The notes: generated by a model not told the origin, from the sequence alone. DNA of 64,000 nt from Anaerolineae bacterium (GCA_041479245.1 JBGOXS010000003.1:60965-124964), one strand, 5' to 3'; positions 39,486-50,277 are shown, counted from the first letter of the stretch. Numbers and translations are program-made.

Positions 39486-40727
39486 CTAGGGCTTCAAGTC
39501 CCAATACGACATTTGGACCACCCGGTAGGTGTAGTTGGCAGTTGTCTCAGGGCTGACAAACACCCCGTAGCGGCCGAAGGTATATTTATTATCGAAAATC
39601 TCAGCGATCTGGTATCCGTTGGCATACACCGTCACCGTATTGCCGATCGCTTTGATCCCCATGATGTTTTGCTTGTTGGTCCCTGCAATGATATAGCTGC
39701 TCGGGGTCCAGCTCACCAGCTCCACGGTAGTGTAGGGGTTGGCGCCATCCAACCGGAAGACGTGCAAGGCACCATCGCAGGAGAATGACACAATATACCC
39801 GTATGATACCCCCGCCTGGTGCTCAGGACCGCGTATGATCAGTCCATAGGCATCCTTGCCGGTGCAGCTACCCGAGTCAAACGTTGATTGCAGATATAAG
39901 TCCGACAGCTCGTGCCATGTGAAATACCAGGTGCTAAACCCGGGCACTTTCCCTGTGACGTAGAATTTGCCGTCCGTCACGCTGATCTTGAGATAGTTGG
40001 TGTTGGGCAGCAGTCCTGTTTCAGGTTTGACCCAATCACTCATGTTACCCCCATTCATTGGGTCATCGAAGGTAGCCGTGCCATAAGTCGCCACCGGGTC
40101 AAACGGGCCGGTTGCTGGTGTGACGTTAGCAGTCGGTCCGGCTGCTATGGGTGGGATATCCACCGAAAGGGTATAACTCTCCTTGCCGTCCCCAGTTGTC
40201 AAGCTCAGGTAATAATCCTGGGAGGTGGGCAAGGTTCCAGACCAGGTGGTCTGCTGCGCCGAAGTGTTCAACAACACCTGACCATCCGCTCCGAAGACGC
40301 CCAGATATACATCCCCATTGGGTGCCTGGATTTTAGCGCTCATCGTCTGGGTGGCGTTAGCAGTCAATACGTAGTATAGAGTTTGCCCCGAATCCAACAC
40401 GCCTTCAACCACTGTGCCCGTGCCGCCGGCAGCAAACTGAATCCGGCTGGCTGGTGGTGGTGGAGCAGGCGTGGGCGGCTCTGGGGTGGGGGGCACCTGA
40501 GTCGGTGGAGGTACGGTGGTAGGCACCGGCGTAACCGTCACTAGAACAGCCGTGGGTGGGGCGGAGGTGACCGTCGCCTCTGCTGCGATCCCTGTGGTCG
40601 AGGTTGGAACGTTAGCCTGCTGGGTCGTTATTGTTGGCGGGGGGCTGCTTGCCGGTAATTTGCAGGCTGTCATTCCAATTGCAAACAGCACCAGCACCAT
40701 GCAGGTGAAGAATACTCTTTTGATCAT
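39486..40727 (-). CDS. Pro/Thr-linker lipoprotein with PPC-like and lectin-like (DUF1080-type) beta domains
   Basis: MTAC lipobox; RIQFAAG…LP..QDY; YGLIIR…N…YANG…G.YG. Confidence 0.7.
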   Translation of the reverse strand: MIKRVFFTCMVLVLFAIGMTACKLPASSPPPTITTQQANVPTSTTGIAAEATVTSAPPTAVLVTVTPVPTTVPPPTQVPPTPEPPTPAPPPPASRIQFAAGGTGTVVEGVLDSGQTLYYVLTANATQTMSAKIQAPNGDVYLGVFGADGQVLLNTSAQQTTWSGTLPTSQDYYLSLTTGDGKESYTLSVDIPPIAAGPTANVTPATGPFDPVATYGTATFDDPMNGGNMSDWVKPETGLLPNTNYLKISVTDGKFYVTGKVPGFSTWYFTWHELSDLYLQSTFDSGSCTGKDAYGLIIRGPEHQAGVSYGYIVSFSCDGALHVFRLDGANPYTTVELVSWTPSSYIIAGTNKQNIMGIKAIGNTVTVYANGYQIAEIFDNKYTFGRYGVFVSPETTANYTYRVVQMSYWDLKP

Positions 40728-40897
40728 CGTCGCCTCCTTAAATCCCGATGCAAAATACCAATGATGATATTCTACATCATTTTGAGATTCGCTCAGTTGA
40801 ATCTAATAGCAATTCGGATGCAATTTACAGGCCAGTCTACGAACACGCTGGCAGGTTAGTGAGCGAGCCTTTTAGCGAGCCAGATAGCCAGTAATAA

Positions 40898-42412
40898 TCA
40901 GGCGTCGTATACCCGGATGGCCGCGCTGCCTTCCAGCGGACAATTGTGCTCGCAAATCCCACAGCCGATACACACCTCCCGTAGCACACTCGGGCGTTGC
41001 ACTGTGCTGGCCTGCCCGTTCGCATCGACAACTTCAGCTTTTTCTAGGCGGATCGACTTCTGCGGCGTAGGGCACATCTCCTCACACACAATACACGGCA
41101 CCCCGCTCGCCCATGGCAGGCAGCGGTTGCGGTCGATGCTGGCTTTTCCCATCACCGTCAGCCGTTTTTCCTCCAGTGCCAGCAGAGGGATGGCGCCGCT
41201 CGGGCAAACCTGACCGCATGCCGTGCAGCCGTAATCGCAGTACCCCACACGTGGAACTACCAGCGGCGTCCAGATGCCTGCTACCCCGGCCTCGAAAAGA
41301 GCCGGCTGAAGCGCCGTGGTGGGGCAGATCTTCATGCACTGGGAGCAGCGCAAGCAGGTAGAAAGGAACGTGTTCTCATCCATGACCCCCGGTGGGCGGA
41401 TACGCATAGAATTGTCCTGCTGCAGGCGCAGGTCGGTGCCAAGCAGCAGCACCCCGGCGACCCCGGTCGCCATTGCTCCCAATGCCTGCCGTCGTGACAG
41501 GTCGAACTCCTGCTTTGGGGCAGGTTTCAGAGATAAACCGAAACGGATGTCGGCCGGCTTGCAATTGGCCATGCAATCCAGGCACACGGTGCATTCGGAT
41601 GGCATGATGTGGAAGTTTGCGGGGGTTGTATCTACCGCCCCCGGTTTACATACGATGGCGCAGCGGGTGCACTCCGTGCAAGCGCTCCCAATCACCGGGC
41701 GGAACAGTGAGATTTTGGAGAGCAGTCCCAACAGCGCCCCCAGCGGGCACAGGTAGCGGCACCAGAAGCGGTGTGCCAGCAGGTTCAGCGCGATCACTCC
41801 AAAAAACAAGGTTGCAATAGCCACGTTTTGAGCGAAGGCGGGCTGTTCGACCGGGAGAATGCCTCCACGGACAAGTTGGTCGAGACTATCCAGGGCGGGG
41901 GAGAGAAAATTTACCTTATATAAAACCATCTCGAGCGCGTTGACCGCGTAAAAAATAGCAGGCAGGACGGCTGTGGTCAGAGTGCGTGTGAAGATGGCGA
42001 TCGGGTCCAGTACCAGCAAGGTCAGCCCGCCGAACAAGGCGGCAGCCAGCGTGACCCCCAGCAGGAAGTATTTCACCAGTCTCCAGCGTGGTGAGATCGC
42101 GGCGGCGCGTTTACGCGCTTTTTTGAAAGATACCCATTCCAACAAGCTGCCCATGGGACAGATCCAGCCGCACCAGACCCGTCCGATGACCAGGGTCAAC
42201 CCAACGGTCACGAGTGCCAATCCCAGCTTGGGGATCCACTGGCGGCTTGCGAGCATTGCACCCGCGGCTGAAAGCGGGTCAAGACGGAAAAAGATATCTG
42301 ACAGCACCGGGGCAGCCCGCTGCTGCACCACAGCAAAGATCAGGTAGATGTAGAAGGTAAAAAAGAGGATTTGGACGGCCTGCCGGATGCGCCGCCAGCT
42401 TGCCCAGCTCAT
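40898..42412 (-). CDS. Membrane polyferredoxin (NapH/MauN-like fused to NapG/MauM-like)
   Basis: CGWICP and CRYLCP motifs, several CxxCxxCxxxC clusters, IRPPG. Confidence 0.9.
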   Translation of the reverse strand: MSWASWRRIRQAVQILFFTFYIYLIFAVVQQRAAPVLSDIFFRLDPLSAAGAMLASRQWIPKLGLALVTVGLTLVIGRVWCGWICPMGSLLEWVSFKKARKRAAAISPRWRLVKYFLLGVTLAAALFGGLTLLVLDPIAIFTRTLTTAVLPAIFYAVNALEMVLYKVNFLSPALDSLDQLVRGGILPVEQPAFAQNVAIATLFFGVIALNLLAHRFWCRYLCPLGALLGLLSKISLFRPVIGSACTECTRCAIVCKPGAVDTTPANFHIMPSECTVCLDCMANCKPADIRFGLSLKPAPKQEFDLSRRQALGAMATGVAGVLLLGTDLRLQQDNSMRIRPPGVMDENTFLSTCLRCSQCMKICPTTALQPALFEAGVAGIWTPLVVPRVGYCDYGCTACGQVCPSGAIPLLALEEKRLTVMGKASIDRNRCLPWASGVPCIVCEEMCPTPQKSIRLEKAEVVDANGQASTVQRPSVLREVCIGCGICEHNCPLEGSAAIRVYDA

Positions 42413-43485
42413 CCCAGATTAATCTCCCTGGTATTGATGCTCGACAGGTCCATCGTGCCCAGCCCCATTTCGGCGCTCGCCTTGATGTAACCAATGTCCG
42501 CCCCGGTCATTCCAAACAACGTTGTGGCATAGGCATCCGCCGCCACGATGTCGCGACTGGCGATGATAGTATCGGTCTGCTTGACGTCCGCCAGGTCACC
42601 CCCGGTGGGGCCATGAGCGGTCAGGATGCGTACCGCATCGACCACCGTGAGGTCGGGCATCACCAGGCTGGTCAGGTCGGCGATGCGCTGGTCGAGGTCG
42701 GCGTGCATCATGTTGCGGTCGCGCACGACCCCCATCAAGTTCTTTTCACCCAATGTGAGGATGGTAGCCGCGTGGTTTTTGGCGATGGGTACGTTGATCA
42801 GCAGGTCGGTCTCCAGGATATCCCGGAAAATATAAGTTGAGGTCATACTCTTGCCCTGTGGGATGTCCGCTTCGATATACTTTGCGTAGGTCATGTAACC
42901 CATTTCTCCGCCGGCGGCCTCGACGGCTGCCTGGATTCCCGAGATTTCATAGGCCGATTTGGGCGTACCGCCGAAGCCGTAGTCCATCACCCGTACACGC
43001 TTGGCGCCCGCTTCCAGGCACATGGTGACAAGTGTTGCCACCACGGTGGGGTTAGTGGTGGCAGCATATTCGGGTGGGTGATAATCGACACAGATGTTGG
43101 GCTTGATGATTACATCGAAGCCTGGGCTGACGAAACTTGCCATGCCACCGAGCGTATCGATGGCAGCTCGGGTGATGACTGCCGGGTCAGGCCCATGAAT
43201 TACTGCCAGGTAAACCGGAGCGGTGGTGGGGGATGGCTCGGGTGTGGAGGTCGGTGTTTCTGTGGGGTTTGCCTGCGATGGAATGGGTTCGGCCGGGCTC
43301 GTTCCCGTGGCGGCGATAACAGCCGTAGGGCTCGGCGGTGCAGTTGGTTCTATGCCGACGGCAGCCGTATCAGTTGGGGCAGGTCCAGTTTGTTTGGGGG
43401 CGCAACCTGCCAGGGCTGCGCCAGCTGCCACGGTGGCGCTCAGCTTAAGGAACGTTCGGCGGGAAATCGGTTGTCGGCGTTTCAT
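42409..43485 (-). CDS. DUF362 protein with a Tat/lipoprotein signal
   Basis: SRRTFLK…LAGC; VIIKPN, TTNP, NVP.AK.H, KNLMG; start at ATG 43485 after GAGGAG. Confidence 0.88.
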   Translation of the reverse strand: MKRRQPISRRTFLKLSATVAAGAALAGCAPKQTGPAPTDTAAVGIEPTAPPSPTAVIAATGTSPAEPIPSQANPTETPTSTPEPSPTTAPVYLAVIHGPDPAVITRAAIDTLGGMASFVSPGFDVIIKPNICVDYHPPEYAATTNPTVVATLVTMCLEAGAKRVRVMDYGFGGTPKSAYEISGIQAAVEAAGGEMGYMTYAKYIEADIPQGKSMTSTYIFRDILETDLLINVPIAKNHAATILTLGEKNLMGVVRDRNMMHADLDQRIADLTSLVMPDLTVVDAVRILTAHGPTGGDLADVKQTDTIIASRDIVAADAYATTLFGMTGADIGYIKASAEMGLGTMDLSSINTREINLG

Positions 43486-43698
43486 GGGTCTTCTCCTCAT
43501 AAGATACCGGTCAAGAACTACCAATAACAACCACGTGTTTTCCGTATTATAAACGGAATTCATTTCAGCAATAATGAGTAGGTTGGGGCTATCCGGTATG
43601 TTTTCATATCGGATTGCCCCAACATCCACACCAATACTTTCCTTTATGTCCGTAGTGTCCGTTGTGGTTATCTCTTACTGATCAGATATAATGACATT

Positions 43699-44337
43699 GT
43701 GCACCCCTACTCCGTCCCCGCCCAAGAGATCCGCCGCGAGCTCATTGTGTCAAACTCGCGCTTCATCTCCACCCTTGCCCCGGTCTTTTCGGTGGATGAA
43801 GCGAAGGCTTTTATCAGCCGCATCAAAGCCGAGTTCCCCGACGCCTCCCATAACGTCACTGTGTACTTGATCGGGCACGGCGACTCGGAAACCGCCCACT
43901 GCTCGGATGCTGGCGAGCCCTCCGGGACTGCCGGTCGACCTGCCTTGACGGTGCTGCGCGGCAGCGGACTGGGGGATGTCGCCGTGGTAATCACGCGCTA
44001 CTTTGGTGGCACCAAGCTGGGCACCGGTGGGTTGGTGCGTGCCTATTCAGAAGCGGTGCGGATGGTGGTCGAGGTCGTTCCGCGCGCTGAGAAGGTGCTC
44101 ACCCACACCATCATGTTGGTTTTCCCTTACACCTACCTCGAGCGCGTACGCATGCTCGTTACCTCCCACTCCGGCACGGTACTGGACGAGGAATTTACTG
44201 CCGACGTGACCCTTACCGCCCGGCTCAGAGTCGAGGCGCTGCCTGCCTTTCAGACCTCCCTGAGCGACCTCACCAAAGGAAAAGTTCAGCCTGAGGTAAT
44301 TACCACTGAGAACATCCTCTTGCCTCTCACCCTGTAA
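43699..44337 (+). CDS. yigZ: YigZ/IMPACT family protein
   Basis: SRF, DASH, SD.GEP.GTAG.P, RYFGG.KLG.GGL.RAY. Confidence 0.92.
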   Translation: MHPYSVPAQEIRRELIVSNSRFISTLAPVFSVDEAKAFISRIKAEFPDASHNVTVYLIGHGDSETAHCSDAGEPSGTAGRPALTVLRGSGLGDVAVVITRYFGGTKLGTGGLVRAYSEAVRMVVEVVPRAEKVLTHTIMLVFPYTYLERVRMLVTSHSGTVLDEEFTADVTLTARLRVEALPAFQTSLSDLTKGKVQPEVITTENILLPLTL

Positions 44338-44507
44338 ATAATCATTCTTCAATTGTCAACTGGAAATTGATTGAAATCATTGTCCATCAATTAATCATTC
44401 CAATCATAGTTCAAGACCTTTCCCCCACACTTGTCCTACAACACCATCAGCACTTGAGGTCGATTTTACCCGAAACATGGCGAGTGTTCTTCACGAGCGG
44501 TGACGCA

Positions 44508-44753
44508 CTATAACATCATTAGCACCTTCTCGTGGGCTGATAGCTCACGGTAGATATCATCCAGCTGCTCCTGGCTCAGGGCGTGTATCCGCACTGTGAG
44601 TGAAATAAACCTTCCATTCCGACTCAAGCGACTGGCCATCCCATTTTCTTCAGCCACAGCGGCATGTTTTTGGATGATCGATAACACCAGGTTCTCGAAA
44701 TCATCCTGGTTGGCCCCCATCACTTTAATGGGAAATATGCGCGGGAAATCCAT
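44508..44753 (-). CDS. DUF493 / YbeD family protein
   Basis: FP..FPIKVMG…S..GRF.SLT…QLD.IY.EL. Confidence 0.88.
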   Translation of the reverse strand: MDFPRIFPIKVMGANQDDFENLVLSIIQKHAAVAEENGMASRLSRNGRFISLTVRIHALSQEQLDDIYRELSAHEKVLMML

Positions 44754-44797
44754 GCTTTAACCTGTCTGACCTTGGTTCAATTTGATGAAATTATAAC

Positions 44798-45742
44798 TTA
44801 AGGAGTGCCGATCCCATTCCACCCTGCCAGGCGCGCCGAGAGCCACCAAAATGCCTGTCCTTTCAAAAAGCAGTTCAGCGAATGGGAGTGGGCGCAGCTT
44901 ATTTCCGGGACAGGGCAGTAGCCGGGATGGCTCTCGCACCAACTTTGGCACCATGGGCAGCTGTCGGAAGGATTCGCGTATGCCGTGCCATCCGGCATCC
45001 AGCTTTCGATATCGGCGAAATCGTATAAGATCTTGTTATTCGCCGCGACGTATTCGCGTACCATGTTGTTGTTGCGATTTAAAACGTTTTGATTGGCAGC
45101 GTCTGTGTGACCGGTCATATAGACAAAGCGTACCCCAGGATATTCACCCTCCAGCTGGGTCATCATATCCAGGTATTGCTGCACTTCGCCCGTGCTCAAC
45201 CATGACATCTCCCCACACCATGACCACATGAAGGCATTCGCTCGAGGGGCTGAGTTCAACATGTCACGCACCGAGCTGAGGTAAGCGCCTGCGTTCCATG
45301 AAAAGCCGCTGTTATTACCCATACGCAGGTAAATCGGGTCACCCTGCTCAGGTGGGATGACCCATTGTTGGACGAAGTTATACGTGGGAGGGTTGGCGTA
45401 GCTGCTCAGATATTCTGCACCGGTCACGAGCTGGGTACCATGCGATGTTGAGCCATACGACCAGATGATGTTCTCCTTGGCCGTCTGGATCCAAATGGGA
45501 GGGATGAGTGTAACATTCCGTGTATTATGGTCTATGATGACGGCAGATGGCGGATTAGCCTTGTTCAGGATGGGGAGAAACGTTATTTCCGAGGCGTCCG
45601 TATGAAAGAGATTTTTATTATCAAGCATGACGGATGAGGCAGCCAATACCATCGTGATCCGGGCAGATAGTAAAACTTCCACTACAAACACGAAGAACGA
45701 CGTGATATAAAACGGCCAGGCCGATGTTCGAAAAGTTTTCAT
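44798..45742 (-). CDS. Exported hypothetical protein (possibly SGNH-like) with a Cys-rich C-terminus
   Basis: N-terminal hydrophobic segment; TSHG, FMWSWCG, YMTGH, LYDFADIES. Confidence 0.7.
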   Translation of the reverse strand: MKTFRTSAWPFYITSFFVFVVEVLLSARITMVLAASSVMLDNKNLFHTDASEITFLPILNKANPPSAVIIDHNTRNVTLIPPIWIQTAKENIIWSYGSTSHGTQLVTGAEYLSSYANPPTYNFVQQWVIPPEQGDPIYLRMGNNSGFSWNAGAYLSSVRDMLNSAPRANAFMWSWCGEMSWLSTGEVQQYLDMMTQLEGEYPGVRFVYMTGHTDAANQNVLNRNNNMVREYVAANNKILYDFADIESWMPDGTAYANPSDSCPWCQSWCESHPGYCPVPEISCAHSHSLNCFLKGQAFWWLSARLAGWNGIGTP

Positions 45743-45761
45743 CTTGTCCTCCTTGGAGGGG

Positions 45762-46466
45762 CTACGCTTGAGCTTCCAGCTGGCTGATCAGCTGCTGCAT
45801 GTTCTCGTAATGCGAACCCTTCCAATAGACCTGCTTGCAGGATGGACAGATGCGGAATTCATCGTAATATTTCTTGGTCAGCGGCTCCAGGCGGTCGATA
45901 ATGTCCTGTTTTCTCACCACCTCGAGTGGGCTGTTGCAGCGCAGGCAGCGTTGAAAAGGCTTCACCTGGCCAATCAGGTTGAACCGCTTCAGCACCTCTG
46001 CCGCCTGCAAGCGTGGGTCAGTCTGGTGGATGCAATATCCACGCCTGATTGTCTTGCGCATTAACAATCTCCGGTCACGCGTCAGCAGCACCCGGTTTTC
46101 CTCAACTGAAACCTCGGCGAGCTCGACATCCTGGTAGTCGTTGCGGTACAGGCAATCAAACCCCAGCATGCGCAAATAGGTTGCCAGTTGCCCCAGATGG
46201 TTATCAAGCATGAAGCACGCCTCACCATCCAGGGGAGAATGGTCTGGGTAAACCATCACCTGCGCGCCTTCATGCAGGCGTTTGGAGGAATCCACAGCCT
46301 GCCCATTGACCATTACCTGCCCGAACTCAGTGTGGGGAATGCCGCTCGATTCGATCAGGTGCTTGAGGCTCTGGTGAGGTTCAAATTCCAGGCTGAATGG
46401 GGCGTTTTTCCGGTATTGCGGCAGGAAATCGTTCAGTTCAGCCAGGTAGGTGAACGTGGCTTTCAT
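45762..46466 (-). CDS. Mut7-C RNase domain protein with an N-terminal ubiquitin-like domain
   Basis: IES.GIPHTE, LD.HLG.LA..LR.LG.D, LTRD, RC..CN, C..C..VYW.GSH. Confidence 0.9.
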   Translation of the reverse strand: MKATFTYLAELNDFLPQYRKNAPFSLEFEPHQSLKHLIESSGIPHTEFGQVMVNGQAVDSSKRLHEGAQVMVYPDHSPLDGEACFMLDNHLGQLATYLRMLGFDCLYRNDYQDVELAEVSVEENRVLLTRDRRLLMRKTIRRGYCIHQTDPRLQAAEVLKRFNLIGQVKPFQRCLRCNSPLEVVRKQDIIDRLEPLTKKYYDEFRICPSCKQVYWKGSHYENMQQLISQLEAQA

Positions 46467-46479
46467 ATTCGACTAAAAG

Positions 46480-46872
46480 CTAGTTCGCTTGTATCTGCTT
46501 CAGGCGCAGCGCTGCCCAGTCATCATCAATGGAGATCATCGCCACGCCTTGAAGTCCAATCGATTGCGCATAGGCGTTGATCGTGTCACGGTTGATATCA
46601 GTTTTCACCTTGGATGTGCCTTTGTGATAGGTCACCCACAGCATGCCCTTGGATGATAAGAGCCCGGCCAGGTGTGTCAGCTGGGCTTCCAGTTTACCCC
46701 GATTGGCGACGAACACCTGGATGGCTTCCACTCGTTCGCTCGAATCGTTGAGCTGTTCAACGCCTTCCGGTAGCTTACCCATCTCAGCTGCATAGCCGGC
46801 CGGTGGGTTCACCAGCAGGAATTTGCTTCCCGGTTTAATCGATAGCTTTTCTGCGATGGGTTTTTCCGACAT
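46480..46872 (-). CDS. DUF3052-like protein
   Basis: AEKL.IKPG, LWV.Y.K, IDDDWAALR. Confidence 0.75.
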   Translation of the reverse strand: MSEKPIAEKLSIKPGSKFLLVNPPAGYAAEMGKLPEGVEQLNDSSERVEAIQVFVANRGKLEAQLTHLAGLLSSKGMLWVTYHKGTSKVKTDINRDTINAYAQSIGLQGVAMISIDDDWAALRLKQIQAN

Positions 46873-46887
46873 GCTTCCTCCAGAAAT

Positions 46888-47562
46888 TTACGCTTTGCTT
46901 TTTATCTCGAACACGTAGGCACTTATCCAGCCTAATGGATAGGCTATCAAGTGTGCCAGGTCATCGGATAATTCGATGGCTGAAGAAACTCCCGTCCGCG
47001 ATGGGAGGAATAGGGCAATCAGCAGATATGCCAGGATGACACCAAATACCACCCAGCGCCAAGGCCTGGGTAAAAAGGTGGTGATCAACCCCAAGCAGCC
47101 CATATACCCGGCTGAGGGACCCACATTGCGTGAAAAGAACAGCGCCCGCTCCTGTGTGAAGCCAAGCTGGCGTATCGGCAACGAGAAAATCAACCCCTCG
47201 AGCACTAAGGTTATTATGTGCACTCCCCAAAAGGTAAGCGCCGTCCGTAAAGTCCTCGTTTTCCATTCAGCCACCCCGCTGGTGAAGGTCACCATCCCCA
47301 GGGCGAACCAAAAGGTGACCCCGCCACTGCTGACGAATGCTGATAAGATCAACCGCTCCCAGCGCATGAGCCAGAAATCACGCGGGGCAAACCCCAGCCG
47401 GTTCACCCACTCGCGGGTTAGCTCCTGGAAGGTGCTGTTGGTCCCCCACGCCACTAACAGCAGCAGCACGACCATGATCAGGGTGAATGGGAGACGGCTG
47501 ACAACCTTCCCAAACCAGAGCGCACCGGTTCTTGTCTGCTTAACGTTGGATAATTCACTCAT
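46888..47562 (-). CDS. Rhomboid-like membrane protein
   Basis: TM helices, LILSAF, VGPSAG, AHL.A; coupled to mprF. Confidence 0.65.
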   Translation of the reverse strand: MSELSNVKQTRTGALWFGKVVSRLPFTLIMVVLLLLVAWGTNSTFQELTREWVNRLGFAPRDFWLMRWERLILSAFVSSGGVTFWFALGMVTFTSGVAEWKTRTLRTALTFWGVHIITLVLEGLIFSLPIRQLGFTQERALFFSRNVGPSAGYMGCLGLITTFLPRPWRWVVFGVILAYLLIALFLPSRTGVSSAIELSDDLAHLIAYPLGWISAYVFEIKSKA

Positions 47563-50277
47563 TTAGTTTGCTTTGGTTAATGCCTGCCCTTGTTTTCGGG
47601 CAGGTTTCAGAATGACCCCCAGGAGATCCGTCCCCGAATCAGCTCGCAGCATGGCTATCGTCACCGCTGGCAGGCTGGCCGCGCTTGGATAGATCAAGTA
47701 GCGTGGCGACCAGATCGGATCGAACTTGGCTTTAAACTCATGCAGCCCTTTGAAGTTGTAGAACTGGTCCACATGTTCGTATATATAATGCAATGCTCGT
47801 TCGATTGCCGGGTCGGTCGGGTTTTCACCGATCCCCGATAGGCCGCTCAGTCCCATGTTGAATGTAGCATACCCATGGGCCTTGGCCCATTCGATCAGTG
47901 ACACGAACAGGAAGTCCATCTGCCCTTTTTCAGCCAGGCGGCGGTGGCGCATCAAGTCAATCGAGATCTCGCTTGCCTGGTACTCCGGTAGGATGTTGGC
48001 AAATGCATCGATTGAACCCCCAGGGTTGCGGATGATGACCACCCGGGTGCTGTTAAGGTAGTCCTTGTCGAACCAGCCGAGCGAAAAACGTTTTTCGTAC
48101 CCGTGCATCGTGGTCAGCCATTCATCGCTGATCAGATGTAGCTCGTTCATCAGCTCGTCTGAGTGCGGTGGTTCGAGCACCTCGGCCTGATAACCCAGTC
48201 TTTTCATCTTGTTGACCCCCGTTCGGATGTTCTTCTTCTCGCCCCCGGCGATGCTGAATGTTGCAAGGTCAACGATCGCTTCGCTGCCCACACATATCGC
48301 GTGATAGCCCGCTCGCTTATAAACTTCCAAGTAATCCAGGAGAACCTGAGAATAGGCTGCCTCCCAATCATTTTGGTCGCAATAGTCTTTAAAGTTGGTG
48401 ATGCAGGCGGCAATATCCTCAGCCGGACCGATCGGATCGCCCAGGGTGAGGGCGATACGTCCTGCAACCACATATCCAATCACCGACCCGCCCGGGCTGA
48501 AGTAATAAATCTTGTCACTAAAAAGCACCATCCGGGCAATACTGCTGCAGCCATACGCTTCAACAATTCTCCTGGCCTTCTGTAGTTCCTCAAGACTAGC
48601 GCCCCGCCTTACGAGCACCGGTCTGATCAGCATGATCAACGCATATCCGATGGTGACAGCCCCGACCACATAGATTGAGCTGACGAAATAGCGCGCAAAC
48701 CGGGTGGCAGGTACCAATCCCGGGTTGTAGAACTGGGTGAACATCACTGCCGTCTGCTGCGCCGCCCCAATCAGGCTAAAGCTCACCTTCTGACCATTAA
48801 TGATGAAATGCCTGTCCAGCAAATAGAATCCGAGCACCCCGTACACCAACGTGAACACCAACGCCCCCAGCAGGGCCAGTAATCCCTGGCGGATGGATGG
48901 TGGGTCGGAGCGCGCATGGAAATGTGGCTGCAGGTAGATCAGCCAGGCCGCCAACACACCCGCCAGGATTGCCTCTTCATAGTCCAATCCTTTGAATAGG
49001 TGCACGGGCACCGAGATAATTAAAATGGTGACCGTCATAGCCCACGCAAGGCGCTTACGCCTCCACAGCCCATTAGCCAGGATCAGCAAGGCGAACCCCG
49101 CCAACACGGTCGTCAGATGACCTCCGTTATCTACACCAAATGGAGAATACTGCTCAAGAATGACGAGCCGGCTGCGCATTGTCGGCGTCAGACCGGAGAG
49201 CACATCGAGGATGCCCATCACCGCGGTCAGGATGGCAACCAGGCGTATGCTCCATACCTCGCTTTTAGCAGACTCTTCCGTCTTGAAGGTTTTCAGTCGG
49301 CGCAGAAGGATGAAGCCAATCGCCAGTGGCAGCCAGAAAGTCAGGCCGCGGAAGGATAAGGCGATCACGGTCGCACGTTCAATCGGCACGCCTAATGAGG
49401 CAAATACGAGCGTCATCATCCCTTCCACCACCCCTATCCCTTGGGGTGTGATGGCGATGATCCAAAACAGGATCCCCATGGCATAGCCCGCCATGAGCAC
49501 ACCGAAGTGCACCCTCTGGTGGAATGCCATGAATAGGCAGAATAAGGTGGTCAGGTTGACCAGATGGGCTGCAAAAGCAATCCCGATGGTCCTGATCAGC
49601 AGCCCAGGTTGGGCTGCGATAGCGATGGAAGCCTCAGTGAACTCAGCCCGATTCTTTTCTACCCAGGCCTCATCCAGGAAATCCGGGCGTTTGATCAATC
49701 TGGCGATGCGATTGGCAAACCTTTGTACCCAGGTCAGCAGCTTCTGTAACCATTGCGGGCGCCACAACCCGAGCAATAGGAATGAGGTCATCGTCCCTAT
49801 AACAAGCAGCAAGATCACCGCTACGATACTCTCGTAGTATTTCAGGTTGTGGTGGGTAAATAGATACACCAGCCCGGTCACTAGGATAATGAGGAATGCG
49901 GTGAAGTCTGCTATCATCACAAGCAGGGTGCCAATTGCAGCTCGGGCCGCCGATTGACCCCGCCTGGCGGCATCATCCACAAATAAGCTCATCCCGCTGG
50001 CTCCCCCGATTGGAACAGCCACATTCATAAAGATGGAAGAGAATGTAATTGGAAGTAATTCGATCAGCCGACTCTGTACACCCACCGTCATGAACGCAGA
50101 CTGGTACAATGCCGTATAGATGATATAGAAAACGAAGCACGATAAGAATGCGGCTGCCACCCACTGCCACTGCCCGGTCATCAGGGTCAAAGCCAACTTC
50201 TTGATCTCACTGTAGCGGCTGATAACCACCCAAATAAAGATGATGACCAGAATCCAGAAAATCCAGCGTCGCTTCAT
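47563..50277 (-). CDS. mprF: Aminoacyl-phosphatidylglycerol flippase/synthase (MprF)
   Basis: N-terminal flippase TMs (TPQGIGVVE), GL.RRKR.AW, GDPIG, DLMR, YNFKGL..FK.KF.P.W.PRYL. Confidence 0.92.
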   Translation of the reverse strand: MKRRWIFWILVIIFIWVVISRYSEIKKLALTLMTGQWQWVAAAFLSCFVFYIIYTALYQSAFMTVGVQSRLIELLPITFSSIFMNVAVPIGGASGMSLFVDDAARRGQSAARAAIGTLLVMIADFTAFLIILVTGLVYLFTHHNLKYYESIVAVILLLVIGTMTSFLLLGLWRPQWLQKLLTWVQRFANRIARLIKRPDFLDEAWVEKNRAEFTEASIAIAAQPGLLIRTIGIAFAAHLVNLTTLFCLFMAFHQRVHFGVLMAGYAMGILFWIIAITPQGIGVVEGMMTLVFASLGVPIERATVIALSFRGLTFWLPLAIGFILLRRLKTFKTEESAKSEVWSIRLVAILTAVMGILDVLSGLTPTMRSRLVILEQYSPFGVDNGGHLTTVLAGFALLILANGLWRRKRLAWAMTVTILIISVPVHLFKGLDYEEAILAGVLAAWLIYLQPHFHARSDPPSIRQGLLALLGALVFTLVYGVLGFYLLDRHFIINGQKVSFSLIGAAQQTAVMFTQFYNPGLVPATRFARYFVSSIYVVGAVTIGYALIMLIRPVLVRRGASLEELQKARRIVEAYGCSSIARMVLFSDKIYYFSPGGSVIGYVVAGRIALTLGDPIGPAEDIAACITNFKDYCDQNDWEAAYSQVLLDYLEVYKRAGYHAICVGSEAIVDLATFSIAGGEKKNIRTGVNKMKRLGYQAEVLEPPHSDELMNELHLISDEWLTTMHGYEKRFSLGWFDKDYLNSTRVVIIRNPGGSIDAFANILPEYQASEISIDLMRHRRLAEKGQMDFLFVSLIEWAKAHGYATFNMGLSGLSGIGENPTDPAIERALHYIYEHVDQFYNFKGLHEFKAKFDPIWSPRYLIYPSAASLPAVTIAMLRADSGTDLLGVILKPARKQGQALTKAN

